A stretch of 64,000 bases of DNA from Ardenticatenaceae bacterium (GCA_020634435.1 JACKBS010000006.1:527136-591135); one strand, 5' to 3'; shown: positions 25,659 to 35,234, counted from the stretch's first letter. Made by a program: numbers and translations. The notes: generated by a model not told the origin, from the sequence alone.

Positions 25659-26012
25659 TTAGCCAAAACGATCGTCAAATGGATCTTTGTTGCGTGATTT
25701 TAGTGTGGGATCACCGGTGCGGCGGCGGCCTTCCGGGCTGGCGATGATGTAGCCGAAGGAAAATACAACCTGCATCACAATGACCATGCCCAGCGTCATA
25801 ATCAGCTTAAGGCCCCAAAGGGGCACTGCCCTGGGGATGTACAGCTGGTTGTAAAACAAGCCAGTTGATACCAGACCCTGGTCAAACAGGTAGCCGGCAA
25901 AAAAGTAAGCCAGGGTGCCAGTGACGAGCAGCCAGACGACCTGAACAAGGGTTTTGCCGGTTAGACCTTTCCGCTTTGCTATTTCTTCTGCATGTTTCTT
26001 TTCTAGACGCAT
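25659..26012 (-). CDS. small (117 aa) three-helix membrane protein embedded in the Mo-hydroxylase operon
   Basis: Strong SD (CTGGAGGTTCTCAAATG). Hydrophobic helices VQVVWLLVTGTLAYFFAGYLF and LWGLKLIMTLGMVIVMQVVFSFGYII. Confidence 0.6.
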   Translation of the reverse strand: MRLEKKHAEEIAKRKGLTGKTLVQVVWLLVTGTLAYFFAGYLFDQGLVSTGLFYNQLYIPRAVPLWGLKLIMTLGMVIVMQVVFSFGYIIASPEGRRRTGDPTLKSRNKDPFDDRFG

Positions 26013-26029
26013 TTGAGAACCTCCAGGAG

Positions 26030-27478
26030 TTACGGATTTTCTTTAGCGGCTTTTTCGACGGCTTCAATGATTTTATAGTAGCCGGTGCAGCGGCAGAGAT
26101 TGCCGCTAAAGGCCTGCAAAATCTGTTCACGATTGGGCGACGGCCGTTCCTCCAACAGTTTGGTGCCTGCCACCAGAAAACCTGGAATGCAAAAGCCACA
26201 CTGTACCGCACCCGTCTCCACAAACGCTTGTTGCAGTGCTGGTAAGTGTGCCTCAGCTGCGCCGTTTGCCAATCCCTCAATGGTCACAATGGTCGCTCCG
26301 TGGGCGCGGGGTGCGGGCACCAGGCAAGACATCACTGCCATGCCATCCATGATAACCGTGCAGGCGCCGCATTCGCCTTCGCCGCAGCCTTCCTTGCTGC
26401 CGGTCAACAGACCTTCTTCGCGCAGCCAGCGCAGCAGCGTTTTGTGGTTGCCCCCCGTGGCGGTGATTGGCTGGCCATTGACGGTGGCAGTAATGGGCGA
26501 ATCTGGATTGTGGGTGTGGGTAAATTGAGCGCCGGTGGGGAAACGGCCGTTCGTCTCGCCCCACAGCATAATCGGGTCTTGCGGCCATTGGCTGCGCTCG
26601 GTGCTATCGCGCAGGGCCGTGAGACCACGCCGGGCAAGCACGCGCACCATCTCCTGGCGATATTCGGCCGTGCTGCGCACATCGTCAATGGGTATAGCGG
26701 CTGCCGCAGCCAAATTGGCAGCGTGAGCAATGACCTCATCGCTTAAATTTTTGCCTACCAGATAGGCTTCAGCTCCTGGAGAGTGAATGATGGTTGGGGC
26801 CACACTGCCCTGGGTGATGACCGCGCTCTTAACCGTGCCCTCGTCGCTAAAATCCAAAATAAAGGCGAGATGGACCACGGAAATGGCCTGGGCGCGGCGC
26901 AGGCCTAGCTTAACAAAAATGCCGCGCGCCGATTTGGGAATCGGGGCGAAGGCGATGTCGGTCACCATCTCGTCTGGTTCCAGCACCGATTTGCGCACGC
27001 CGGTATGAAAATCGGCCAGGGCAACAACCCGCTCGCCGCGTACGGAAGCCAGCGTGAGGTGGGCATTGAGGGCCCGCAGTGGGGTGATGGTGTCGTTGGC
27101 TGGGCTGGCGGTGATGAGGTTGCCCGCCACGGTGCCCCGGTTGCGCAGCTGCGGCGAGGCCACTTCCAGGCAAGCCTGGGCCAGCGGCAGCGCTTTTTCT
27201 ACCAGCAGCGGTGAGGCGATGATCTGGTTGTGGGTTACCAGTGGCCCCAGGTGAATGGTGCCGTCTGTATCTTGGGTGATGTTTGCCAGGCCGGGAATAC
27301 GGGTAATGTCGATCAGAATATCCACATCGGGCCGGACGCCGCGCTCTAGCTCCAGCAGAAGATCCGTGCCGCCAGCGATGAGGCGGGCGCGACGGCCGTA
27401 TTGCGCCAACAGCGCCAAGACGGCCGTTACGGTGACAGGTGTTTCATAGCGTGTAATTTCGTGGGAATGGTAGTTCAT
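26030..27478 (-). CDS. Mo-hydroxylase FAD-binding subunit fused to [2Fe-2S] subunit
   Basis: N-terminal FAD_binding_5-like ([28 protein letters not shown]). C-terminal [33 protein letters not shown] iron-sulfur motifs. Confidence 0.9.
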   Translation of the reverse strand: MNYHSHEITRYETPVTVTAVLALLAQYGRRARLIAGGTDLLLELERGVRPDVDILIDITRIPGLANITQDTDGTIHLGPLVTHNQIIASPLLVEKALPLAQACLEVASPQLRNRGTVAGNLITASPANDTITPLRALNAHLTLASVRGERVVALADFHTGVRKSVLEPDEMVTDIAFAPIPKSARGIFVKLGLRRAQAISVVHLAFILDFSDEGTVKSAVITQGSVAPTIIHSPGAEAYLVGKNLSDEVIAHAANLAAAAAIPIDDVRSTAEYRQEMVRVLARRGLTALRDSTERSQWPQDPIMLWGETNGRFPTGAQFTHTHNPDSPITATVNGQPITATGGNHKTLLRWLREEGLLTGSKEGCGEGECGACTVIMDGMAVMSCLVPAPRAHGATIVTIEGLANGAAEAHLPALQQAFVETGAVQCGFCIPGFLVAGTKLLEERPSPNREQILQAFSGNLCRCTGYYKIIEAVEKAAKENP

Positions 27479-27514
27479 GGCACAAGTATAAAGTTGCTAG
27501 GTGAAGGTTGACAA
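27479..27514 (-). promoter_or_regulatory. leaderless-type promoter TTGTCA-N18-TATACT-N6-ATG
   Basis: Minus strand: TTGTCA (27514..27509), TATACT (27490..27485), tgtgcc, ATG 27478. No SD. Confidence 0.5.
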
Positions 27515-27587
27515 GTGAACAACGTCACGAGGCTGAGCAGGGAGGCGTTGTTCAAAAACGGCCGTCATGCCGCCAGCGAAAAAATGC

Positions 27588-28376
27588 TTAAGCTGGCTGC
27601 GGCGTACGGCGCAGTTTAATGATTTCCGCCATAATGCTGACGGCAATTTCTTGTGGCGTCTCGGCTTCAATTTCTAAGCCGATTGGCGCATGGATGCGTT
27701 CAAAATCTTCGGCCGACATGCCGTCTTCCAGCAGCAGACGTTTTGTTTCTGCCCAGCGGCGGCTGCTGCCCAACATGCCAATGTAGGCGGCGGGCGAATG
27801 GATAATCAGCGGCACGATGTCGCGATCAACCAGCACGTTGCGGGTGACCAGCACGATGTAGGTGCCAGGATTGATGGGGCTTTGTGCCAGGGCATCGGCA
27901 AAACTGCCGGGTAGGTAGACATCGGCATTGGGAATGACGTCCGGGTTGGCCAGCCCTTCGCGATCATCGGTGACGACCACGCGGTAGCCCAAAAAGTGGC
28001 CCAGTTCAGCCACGGCCTGGCCGACATGGCCGCAGCCCACCACCAGCAACGTTGCCTGGGGACTGTACGGTTCCAGATAGACTTCGACCTCGCCGCCACA
28101 AACGCCGGGGTCACCCCGGTCCGGCGCGACTAGCGAGTAGGGGAGGATGCGGGTACGGCCGTCTTTCAGGGCCAGCAGCGCTTCTTGCACCACCCGCGCT
28201 TCCATCTCACCACCGCCGACACTGCCAGAAATACGGCCGTCGCCATAGACCAGCATTTTGCTGCCGCTGCGGCGCGGCACGGAGCCACGGGCCTTGATGA
28301 TGGTGGCCAAAACGACCGGTTCGCCCGTTTGCTGTGCCGCTAGAAGTTCGGCCACAATGCGTAAATTATCGCTCAT
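27588..28376 (-). CDS. xdhC: XdhC/CoxI-family Mo-cofactor insertion chaperone
   Basis: VVLATIIKARGSVPRRSGSKMLV ... LLVVGCGHVGQAVAEL Rossmann block. 262 aa. Confidence 0.85.
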   Translation of the reverse strand: MSDNLRIVAELLAAQQTGEPVVLATIIKARGSVPRRSGSKMLVYGDGRISGSVGGGEMEARVVQEALLALKDGRTRILPYSLVAPDRGDPGVCGGEVEVYLEPYSPQATLLVVGCGHVGQAVAELGHFLGYRVVVTDDREGLANPDVIPNADVYLPGSFADALAQSPINPGTYIVLVTRNVLVDRDIVPLIIHSPAAYIGMLGSSRRWAETKRLLLEDGMSAEDFERIHAPIGLEIEAETPQEIAVSIMAEIIKLRRTPQPA

Positions 28377-28385
28377 GAGTGTTGG

Positions 28386-28817
28386 TTAGGGGGCGCTTAG
28401 TTCAACACAACTGCCTGCGACCCAGTTGGAAAAGCCGCCTTCGGCTGGTTGAACGTAGTAAAAAGTGAGATTGCTCTGGACGCCAGTGACTTCTTGGATG
28501 ATGTGCGCTTCCTGGGTGAGAATGGTCACGCCGCTGTCGCTGGCCATCAGCACATCGTGGTCGCGCAGCCCGGCGCTGAAGCTGCGGGCAAGGATGACGG
28601 TACGGCCGTCTGTGGTGAGACCGCACTGCCCATACGCCTGGCAGCTTTCGCTGCATCGCAGGGTAGCTGTGGTTTGGACGGCGGCTTCTGGCGCGGCTTC
28701 CTCGGCAGCATCACCACCACCAATGCAGGCAGTGAGCAACAAAAAGAGCAGCAGCAAACCAGCCAGCGGCCACCGCTGGGGCTGCTTTTTATGGGTTTGG
28801 GGTACGGCCTGATTCAC
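28386..28817 (-). CDS. hypothetical lipoprotein
   Basis: LLLLFLLLTAC lipobox. 143 aa. No recognisable domain. Confidence 0.5.
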   Translation of the reverse strand: MNQAVPQTHKKQPQRWPLAGLLLLFLLLTACIGGGDAAEEAAPEAAVQTTATLRCSESCQAYGQCGLTTDGRTVILARSFSAGLRDHDVLMASDSGVTILTQEAHIIQEVTGVQSNLTFYYVQPAEGGFSNWVAGSCVELSAP

Positions 28818-28838
28818 GGAAACTCCAGTTGAAAATAA

Positions 28839-29249
28839 TTAGCGCATTTCCCAGATGCGTTCGCCATCTAAAATGCGCTGCACCTGGCTAGAAAATTCGG
28901 CGGCGCGCAAGGGCTTGCTAATGAAGCCATCGAAGCCAAATTCGCGAATGGGGGCGGTGTCATGTTCCAATGTGCCGGCGCTAACGGCAACGACCAGCGT
29001 GTCTTGCAAGCGTTCGTGATGGCGAACTTCGTTCAGCAGGTCAAAACCGCTCTTATGCGGCATGTTGATGTCTACCAAAAAGAGATCAACCCTGGGCAGC
29101 TTTTCGGCAAAGGCGATGGCAGAATCGACGCTGCGTCGTGAGTAACAGCGGTTTGCCCCGCCCATTCGCAGCAGGTCCAGGGCAACCAACTGGGCATTGG
29201 GGTCATCTTCGACGAGTATGATGGTGGCGTTGGCGATTGGTATGGACAT
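28839..29249 (-). CDS. stand-alone response-regulator receiver protein (CheY-like)
   Basis: ILVEDDPNAQ, phospho-acceptor DLFLVDINMP, ISKP lysine. 136 aa, no output domain. Confidence 0.85.
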   Translation of the reverse strand: MSIPIANATIILVEDDPNAQLVALDLLRMGGANRCYSRRSVDSAIAFAEKLPRVDLFLVDINMPHKSGFDLLNEVRHHERLQDTLVVAVSAGTLEHDTAPIREFGFDGFISKPLRAAEFSSQVQRILDGERIWEMR

Positions 29250-29279
29250 TGTTTACCTGTTGTGTTGAATGAGAGTGTA

Positions 29280-30695
29280 TCAAAACGGCCGTTCTGTGGC
29301 AACGGGTTTCGCCGGGCGGGTGGGCGGCGTGGCGGCTCCGTTGCGGCCATCAACCTCCGCCAGGGGCAGAGTGATGGTAAACGTGCTGCCCTTGCCCAAC
29401 ACGCTGGACACAGTGAGCGTACCGCCGTGGCGCTCCACCAAATGGCGGCTGATGGGCAGTCCCAGTCCGGTGCCAATGCGATGCCGCGCGGTGGTTTCAT
29501 CCAGCTGGCGGAATTCCTGGAAGATGGTTTCAAAATGGGCTTCGGCGATGCCGATGCCCGTGTCTTCGACGGCAAAGGTGGCTGTGTGTTGGTGGGTACG
29601 CACGCGCAGAGTAATTTGCCCGGCGTCGGTGTACTTGGCGGCGTTGCCCAACAAGTTGAGCAGTGCCTGTTGGAACCGCTTGGGATCAACCATTACCGCA
29701 GGCCAAACAGCGGGATAGTCGCGCACCAGCACGATGTCTGGGTTTTGCAGCAGCCCACGCGCGCTGGCCATGGCTTCTTCACAGACGGCTTCCAGATCAA
29801 CCAACTGCCGCTTCAGGCGGAACTCTCCGGCGTTCATCTGGGCCAGGTCCAGCAGGTCGTTGAGTACGCTCATGGAGTGCCAGCCGGATTTCTCGATGCG
29901 GCTCAGGTAATCCACCTGCCGTTCGTTGACACCGCCAATCTCTCCCTGGCCTAAAATGTGGGCAAAGTTGACGATGGTGTTGATGGGGGTGCGCAGTTCG
30001 TGGCTGACCTGGTTCATGAAGCGGGTGCGTAGGTCTCGTTCGGCAACGGCCGTTTCTCGTGCTTTTTCCAGTTCTTCATTGGTGCTGTGCAGCTTGGCAT
30101 TGGCCAGACGCAGCTCCTCCTGGATGGTAAACAGCTCATCCCGGCGATGCTGCGCCTTGATGTGCAGCGCACTGACGGATTCAACCGCTACCTGCCATTC
30201 TAAGGCGGAAAAGTAGGAGGCCGTAGCCACAAACAGATTGACCACTACCGGTCCAGCCAGATTTTGCAGCAGGTCGATGGCTCCATCGGTGTGGTGGATG
30301 AGCGCTACGGTGGTGAGGAAGGTGGCAGTGCCCCAGGTGATAAAACCGTAATCGGGCTGGGTAAACATGCTGCTGGCAATGATGAGGATGGCAAACAAAT
30401 AGGGAATCATGCTGCCCGGTACCCAGTTTCGGTACAGCAGCAGGGAGAAGATGAGGAGGTGAACGGCCGTAAAAATCCCCGTGCCCAGGTTTGCCCGCTC
30501 TTGCCTGAGGTAATGCAGACCCAGGCCACCGCTGGTAACCGACAAGGCAACGCTTAACCAAAAGTGCCATGAGGTAAAAAACGACTGGTCGGCGATGGCG
30601 GCCAGCAGCGTGGCCAGCGTGGTTGCCCCGGCAATCAGGGGAATCAAAATGGAAGCGGTATCGCTTCTTAGTTCATTGGAGTAGGCCTGGTCCAT
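29280..30695 (-). CDS. sensor histidine kinase with polytopic N-terminal membrane sensor domain
   Basis: About 6 TM helices, coiled coil, H-box SHELRTPIN, N-box GNAAKYT, G-boxes DTGIGI and GTGLGL. Confidence 0.9.
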   Translation of the reverse strand: MDQAYSNELRSDTASILIPLIAGATTLATLLAAIADQSFFTSWHFWLSVALSVTSGGLGLHYLRQERANLGTGIFTAVHLLIFSLLLYRNWVPGSMIPYLFAILIIASSMFTQPDYGFITWGTATFLTTVALIHHTDGAIDLLQNLAGPVVVNLFVATASYFSALEWQVAVESVSALHIKAQHRRDELFTIQEELRLANAKLHSTNEELEKARETAVAERDLRTRFMNQVSHELRTPINTIVNFAHILGQGEIGGVNERQVDYLSRIEKSGWHSMSVLNDLLDLAQMNAGEFRLKRQLVDLEAVCEEAMASARGLLQNPDIVLVRDYPAVWPAVMVDPKRFQQALLNLLGNAAKYTDAGQITLRVRTHQHTATFAVEDTGIGIAEAHFETIFQEFRQLDETTARHRIGTGLGLPISRHLVERHGGTLTVSSVLGKGSTFTITLPLAEVDGRNGAATPPTRPAKPVATERPF

Positions 30696-30829
30696 AACAA
30701 CTCATTTTAAGGCTAAGGGGAGGCGGTTGCCGTATAAATTGTGTTAAGGTTGCCTCCAGAACACACCATTTGCCCATTTATGCGCCACAGCGTAGCGAGA
30801 GCCGCCGTACCTGTCAATGAGTCATTTGG

Positions 30830-31291
30830 TCAATCTTCATCAATGCGCCAGCCGAGGGCTTCCAGGTTGGCGTCGGCCAGGAGGGCTGCGGGCACATCGG
30901 CCAGGGTCATTTCGGCTTCGGCTGCCACGGTGCCATCGGGCAAAATGATTTCGCCGACGGCTTTGCCCAACCGTCCACGCAGCTTGACAATGCGGCCAAC
31001 GGCCGTTAGCTCCGTCTCGGTTGGCACGGGATGGCGGTATTTCACTTCTAGCTTCACGGACATCATAAAATGATGCGGATCGCCGATCATGGAAACGCGG
31101 GCGACTACTTCGTCTAGCAGGGCAGCGACCACGCCGCCGTGCACCACGCCGGGGTAGCCCTGGTACTCCTCCGAAATGGTGTGGGTGGCGTGGACTTCAT
31201 TACGGCCGTTGTCGTAAAAGGTCACATATAGTCCACGCGGATTTTTACGGCCGCACACAAAACAGTAATCGGAGTTCGGTTGTTTGATCAT
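30830..31291 (-). CDS. PaaI-family hotdog-fold thioesterase
   Basis: CFVCGRKNPRGL ... GYPGVVHGGVVAALLDE. 153 aa. Confidence 0.8.
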   Translation of the reverse strand: MIKQPNSDYCFVCGRKNPRGLYVTFYDNGRNEVHATHTISEEYQGYPGVVHGGVVAALLDEVVARVSMIGDPHHFMMSVKLEVKYRHPVPTETELTAVGRIVKLRGRLGKAVGEIILPDGTVAAEAEMTLADVPAALLADANLEALGWRIDED

Positions 31292-31347
31292 AAGCTACCC
31301 GTTTCTTTTTCGAAAAATTATACCGCAGCGATTGGTGCTGCCCATGT

Positions 31348-31360
31348 TATACTTGCCGGG
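31348..31360 (+). promoter_or_regulatory. -10 hexamer TATACT 7 nt upstream of ATG 31361
   Basis: TATACT tgccggg ATG. No SD. Near-leaderless geometry. Confidence 0.3.
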
Positions 31361-31792
31361 ATGGATGAGGTACGTGTGGTTCCCATTAACGAAGCGGTGC
31401 AAATTCCGATAACGGAGTTGAGTTTTCGCTTCTCGACAAGCAGCGGGCCGGGTGGGCAGCATGTAAACAAAAGCGCCACCAAGGTGACGCTGCTGTTTGA
31501 CGTGGCCAACTCCCCCAGCCTGCCCGACGAAGTGCGCGAGCGATTGCTAATCAAGTTAGCCAACCGCATTGACAAGGACGGGGTGTTGCAGCTGCATGTC
31601 CAGTCGTCACGCAGCCAGCACCGGAATCGAGATACGGCCGTTTCCCTTTTCCAGCAGCTCGTTGCCGAAGCTCTGAAAAAAGAAAAAAAGCGCCGCCGCA
31701 CCAGACCCTCTGCCGCCGCCCAAGAAAAACGGCTAGACGAGAAGAAAAAGCGCAGCGAGCGCAAGCAAGATCGCCGCAAAGATTGGCTTTGA
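31361..31792 (+). CDS. arfB: alternative ribosome-rescue factor ArfB (peptidyl-tRNA hydrolase, GGQ)
   Basis: STSSGPGGQHVNKSATKVTL GGQ domain plus a basic C-terminal tail KKEKKRRRTRPSAAAQEKRLDEKKKRSERKQDRRK. 143 aa from ATG 31361 (the track TTG start 31280 overlaps the divergent gene). Confidence 0.85.
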   Translation: MDEVRVVPINEAVQIPITELSFRFSTSSGPGGQHVNKSATKVTLLFDVANSPSLPDEVRERLLIKLANRIDKDGVLQLHVQSSRSQHRNRDTAVSLFQQLVAEALKKEKKRRRTRPSAAAQEKRLDEKKKRSERKQDRRKDWL

Positions 31793-31809
31793 ACAGACCT
31801 GACGCAAAA

Positions 31810-31873
31810 AGACCTGACAGGTTTTCGACGTGTCTTTGTCAGGTATTTAATCTGGTAGAAACCTGTCAGGTCT
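31810..31873. terminator. 15-bp perfect inverted repeat (AGACCTGACAGGTTT / AAACCTGTCAGGTCT) between convergent genes
   Basis: 34-nt loop that itself carries another TGTCAGG copy. A fourth ACCTGAC copy lies at 31797. Confidence 0.55.
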
Positions 31874-31879
31874 GAACGA

Positions 31880-33208
31880 TTACAGAACAACTCCCTCAGG
31901 ATTGTTCCCCGAATCCAGCATCGCCTTCCGCACGTTGACCGTGCTCAGCAAAATCAGACCCACGACAAAGAAAATGATTAAAGAGACGATGGCAATGCGC
32001 TGCGAGCCAGTGATTTGTACCGCTGCGGCAAAAGCCAGCGGTCCTAACCATGACGTGCCCCGCTCGCTGATCTCGTAGAAGCCAAAATATTCTGCCTCAT
32101 GGTCGGCGGGAATCATTTGCGAGAACAGTGACCGGCTGAGCGCTTGCGAACCACCCAGCACGATAGCCACAAACACACCCATGATGAACAGCTGCGTCTC
32201 ATTGTTGAGGAATGCGTAGGCAAAAATCACCAGTCCCGACCAGATGACGAGGCTGAACATGATGGATCGCTTGGCGCCAATGCGCTGGGCCAAAAAGCCA
32301 AAGGCAAATGCACCCAAAAACGCCACGAACTGAATAATAAGCACGAGCAGCAGCAAACTGCTCGTTTCCACGCCCAACTCATCGGCGGCAAAGGCCGTGG
32401 AAACTATGATGACGGTCTGGATGCCGTCGTTGTAGATGAGGTAGGCAATGAGGTAATGCAGCGTGGAAGGATATTTCTGCCGTAAATCGCGCAGGGTGTG
32501 GGCAATTTGACGAATGCCATGAGAGAAAAGCGTACTGCCATCGGGTAGCTGACGGGCTGCGTCGCGTGCCTTCAGGCGGCGTTGGGGGAACAAGTAAGTG
32601 AAAAGTAACCACCAAATGCCTGCACTGGCCAGGCTGATGCGCACCGCTAATCCGGTATCTTCCATGAAGTTGAGCAGGCCAAGATTGGCCAGTAGCAGCA
32701 GCCCACCACCCAAATAACCGAAGGCAAAGCCGCGCGAACTTACTGCGTCGCGCTGGTCTGGCGAGGCGATTTCGGGCAGGAAGGCATTGTAGAAGACGAT
32801 GGCCGCGCCAAAGCAGAGGTTGGCCACAATGGCCAGGCCACTGGCCAACAGTACAGCCCCATTCGTGCCGATGATCGGCATATCGGCCTGCACGGTAAAC
32901 AGCAAAATGGTGGTGATTGCGCCGATGTAGGCAAAGGTCAACATCATGCGCTTTTTCAGGTTGGTGTAGTCGGCAATGGTGCCGAGCAAGGGCAGGAAAA
33001 GGACTTGCAGTAGAACAGACAGCGAAGTGGCCGCCGGGAAAATGGCAGCGGGCTGGATGGGGAATCCAAAGAGCATAAGCGGTGTGCTGCTGGATTCGCC
33101 TAAGGCCAAAATGTAGGGGCCGAGCAGGGCGGTGACGACGGTGGTGCTAAAGGCAGAATTGGCCCAATCGTACATGGTCCAGCCGAAGATTTCGCGTTTG
33201 TCGTTCAA
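31880..33208 (-). CDS. MFS transporter, Atg22/UMF1-like family
   Basis: GWTMYDWANSAFSTTVVTALLGPY N-terminal signature and about 12 TM helices. I prefer TTG 33208 (AGGAG 8 nt upstream). The track start 33289 is a GTG abutting the upstream terminator. Confidence 0.7.
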   Translation of the reverse strand: MNDKREIFGWTMYDWANSAFSTTVVTALLGPYILALGESSSTPLMLFGFPIQPAAIFPAATSLSVLLQVLFLPLLGTIADYTNLKKRMMLTFAYIGAITTILLFTVQADMPIIGTNGAVLLASGLAIVANLCFGAAIVFYNAFLPEIASPDQRDAVSSRGFAFGYLGGGLLLLANLGLLNFMEDTGLAVRISLASAGIWWLLFTYLFPQRRLKARDAARQLPDGSTLFSHGIRQIAHTLRDLRQKYPSTLHYLIAYLIYNDGIQTVIIVSTAFAADELGVETSSLLLLVLIIQFVAFLGAFAFGFLAQRIGAKRSIMFSLVIWSGLVIFAYAFLNNETQLFIMGVFVAIVLGGSQALSRSLFSQMIPADHEAEYFGFYEISERGTSWLGPLAFAAAVQITGSQRIAIVSLIIFFVVGLILLSTVNVRKAMLDSGNNPEGVVL

Positions 33209-33289
33209 GGTTTCTTCTCCTGATGAAGCTATCTGTTGCTGGCGCAAGCCGCTGAGGTGTGAGATTGGGTTTCTTGACCGTTTTTGCAC

Positions 33290-33323
33290 AAAAAAGCGAC
33301 AGGTTCCTGAATGGGCCTGTCGC
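33290..33323 (-). terminator. rho-independent terminator downstream of the LCP gene
   Basis: Minus strand GCGACAGG-cccattcaggaa-CCTGTCGC followed by TTTTTT. Confidence 0.7.
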
Positions 33324-33410
33324 TCAGATCACAAAAAGGGAAACGGCCGTCTCACATGCCACATTCAGGCGGGATTATGCTTGAGAACGGCCGTTTTCGC
33401 AATGAGAAAT

Positions 33411-34973
33411 TTATGGTTCGGTTAAAAACTCCTGCGGTTGGTAAAGCTGGTTCAAACAGGGGTCGTAATCCTCACCCAAAACAACCTTGTATTCATACTC
33501 AAAGGCGTCATCCTCGGTGAGCTGAATTTCGCTGCGGAACTTGTCGAAAATCCAGCTAATCATCCAATCGAACGAATCTTTGAAGTTAGGCCGGTAGTAA
33601 AACATTTGGGTGACGGGTTGGGTGGGCGCTTCATCGCCGATGATTGGCACAAAGCCGTACCAGGCCAGATTGTCGGCGGCCAGCAGCGCCATGTCTGGGT
33701 TGCCGCTGGCGTTCACTATTTCCACAGTGATGGGGCGGCGATCGGCCCGGTTGAGGGCGGGCACGCGGAAGAGGCGGCTGAACGTCTCTTCTAGATTGTT
33801 TTCACCTTCCCAAACGGGCAGCTGCACCTGTGCGCCGCTCGGCGTTTCCCACGGGATGATGCCCCGCACCAGGTATAAATGCTGGATACCGTTTTTGCGG
33901 ATGGCCGGGGCTAGGGTAGCCAGATGCAGCATGCGGCCAATGTCCATGTCGGTTTCGACGTTGTTTTTGTAAGCGTCCCACAGGCCGGGGAACTGCGAAA
34001 TAAGGCCCAAATCCACACCCTCGTTGAGCAGGCCGCGCAGCAGCTGCTGCTGGCGACGGCCACGATCAAAATCATTGGTGGTGAGGCGGGAGCGGGCGTA
34101 CCAGAGGGCCGTGTCGCCGTCCATATGGTACATGCCCGGTTCCAGGGCAAACTGCGCCCAGTTTTCTTCGACTTGCGGGTCCAAATCAGGCGAGATGAGC
34201 CGCCAATCTTGCAAGCGGCAGCTTACAGCAATATCTACGCCGTCAATGGCATCAACGGCCGTTTTAAATCCTTCAAAATCCACCCGGGCGTAGTAATGAA
34301 TGGGAATGCCAAAGTTGTACAGGATGGTTTGCTCAAGTAAATCAACCCCGCCCAGCGAAAGCGCCGTGTTGAGCCGGTTCATGATCTTGCCGGGGATGTA
34401 AACGAATAGGTCACGCGGCAGGGAAATCATGGAGGCGGTGGGGCCGTCTTCGTTGATGGAGACGATGATCATTGTGTCGGTGCGGGTATCGTCGGAACCC
34501 AGAGCCGTGTCGCTGCCCAGTAGCAAAATATTGGTAGTGGAATCGGGCACTTCAAAGGTGGGAACGGCCGTAGGAACGGCCGTAGATGGCGTGGGAATCC
34601 CCTCCCTCAATTCCTCCGGGGCGGTAATGGTGAGCACCGGCTCTTGCTGCGGCAGGCTGGTAGGCGTGGCAGACGGGGCAGGCGTTTGCGTGGGTGCCGT
34701 GGTGGCTGTCGCGCTCAAATCTCGCGTGGGGCTTGGCCCTGGTGATGGCGTTTCCGTCGGCGTCTCTGTTGCCGTAAGCGTGGGAGTGGCGTCAGCAGCC
34801 TCTGGGGTGGGGCTGTTATTGGCGGCTACACTCATACCCCGAGTGGCAGCCAGAGTGGGGAGTGGGTCCAGCGCAAACGCATTGCAGCCGGCCATTAGCC
34901 CCATCATGAGAGTAAGAAATAAAACGCCGACGGGCCAGGAAACTAACCGAAGAATTTTTGGGGATGCAACCAT
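33411..34973 (-). CDS. LytR-CpsA-Psr (LCP) family glycopolymer ligase with N-terminal TM, PT-rich linker and LytR_C domain
   Basis: NILLLGSDT...DDTRTDTMIIVSI...MISLPRDLFVYIPG core. TM WPVGVLFLTLMMGLMAGC. Confidence 0.85.
   Translation of the reverse strand: MVASPKILRLVSWPVGVLFLTLMMGLMAGCNAFALDPLPTLAATRGMSVAANNSPTPEAADATPTLTATETPTETPSPGPSPTRDLSATATTAPTQTPAPSATPTSLPQQEPVLTITAPEELREGIPTPSTAVPTAVPTFEVPDSTTNILLLGSDTALGSDDTRTDTMIIVSINEDGPTASMISLPRDLFVYIPGKIMNRLNTALSLGGVDLLEQTILYNFGIPIHYYARVDFEGFKTAVDAIDGVDIAVSCRLQDWRLISPDLDPQVEENWAQFALEPGMYHMDGDTALWYARSRLTTNDFDRGRRQQQLLRGLLNEGVDLGLISQFPGLWDAYKNNVETDMDIGRMLHLATLAPAIRKNGIQHLYLVRGIIPWETPSGAQVQLPVWEGENNLEETFSRLFRVPALNRADRRPITVEIVNASGNPDMALLAADNLAWYGFVPIIGDEAPTQPVTQMFYYRPNFKDSFDWMISWIFDKFRSEIQLTEDDAFEYEYKVVLGEDYDPCLNQLYQPQEFLTEP
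34561..34584. repeat. 2 x 12-nt tandem duplication GGAACGGCCGTA, each unit carrying the ACGGCCGT palindrome
   Basis: Encodes TAVPTAVPT in the LCP linker. Confidence 0.85.
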
Positions 34974-35234
34974 AACTTTCTAATCTACTTTTCTATACAA
35001 AAGCAGGAAAACCTTCACAAATTTTGGCCTGTGCTGCCCAAAATTTTCTAGAAAATGGCTGGTCGTGAATGGGTTCCTGTGTTTTTTCGTTTGGAAAGGC
35101 AAAGGAAAGTAATTATCCTTTGCCCGTTGTGTGACTGCCGCGGGGCATTATAACATGGACGATCAACCCTCGAAACCCGATAGCGCGGTCGTAGCCCTCT
35201 GGTAGTACTATCGTCGGTTGTTCGCCAAAACTGG

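Noticed and set aside
24470-25747. 425-aa ORF on the plus strand (and many others of 60-190 aa, e.g. 794..1273, 10461..11015, 29262..29954, 31318..31890, 57920..58465, 58275..58916)
   Set aside because: All lie antisense to, or out of frame within, genes with clear family signatures. Their translations are R/G/A/H-rich with no motifs, the usual shadow ORFs of GC-rich coding DNA.
30696-30829. GGAGGC...GCCTCC and duplicated GGTTGCC between the thioesterase and histidine kinase genes as a terminator
   Set aside because: It has only a 6-bp stem, no U-run and a large loop, which is too weak to call.
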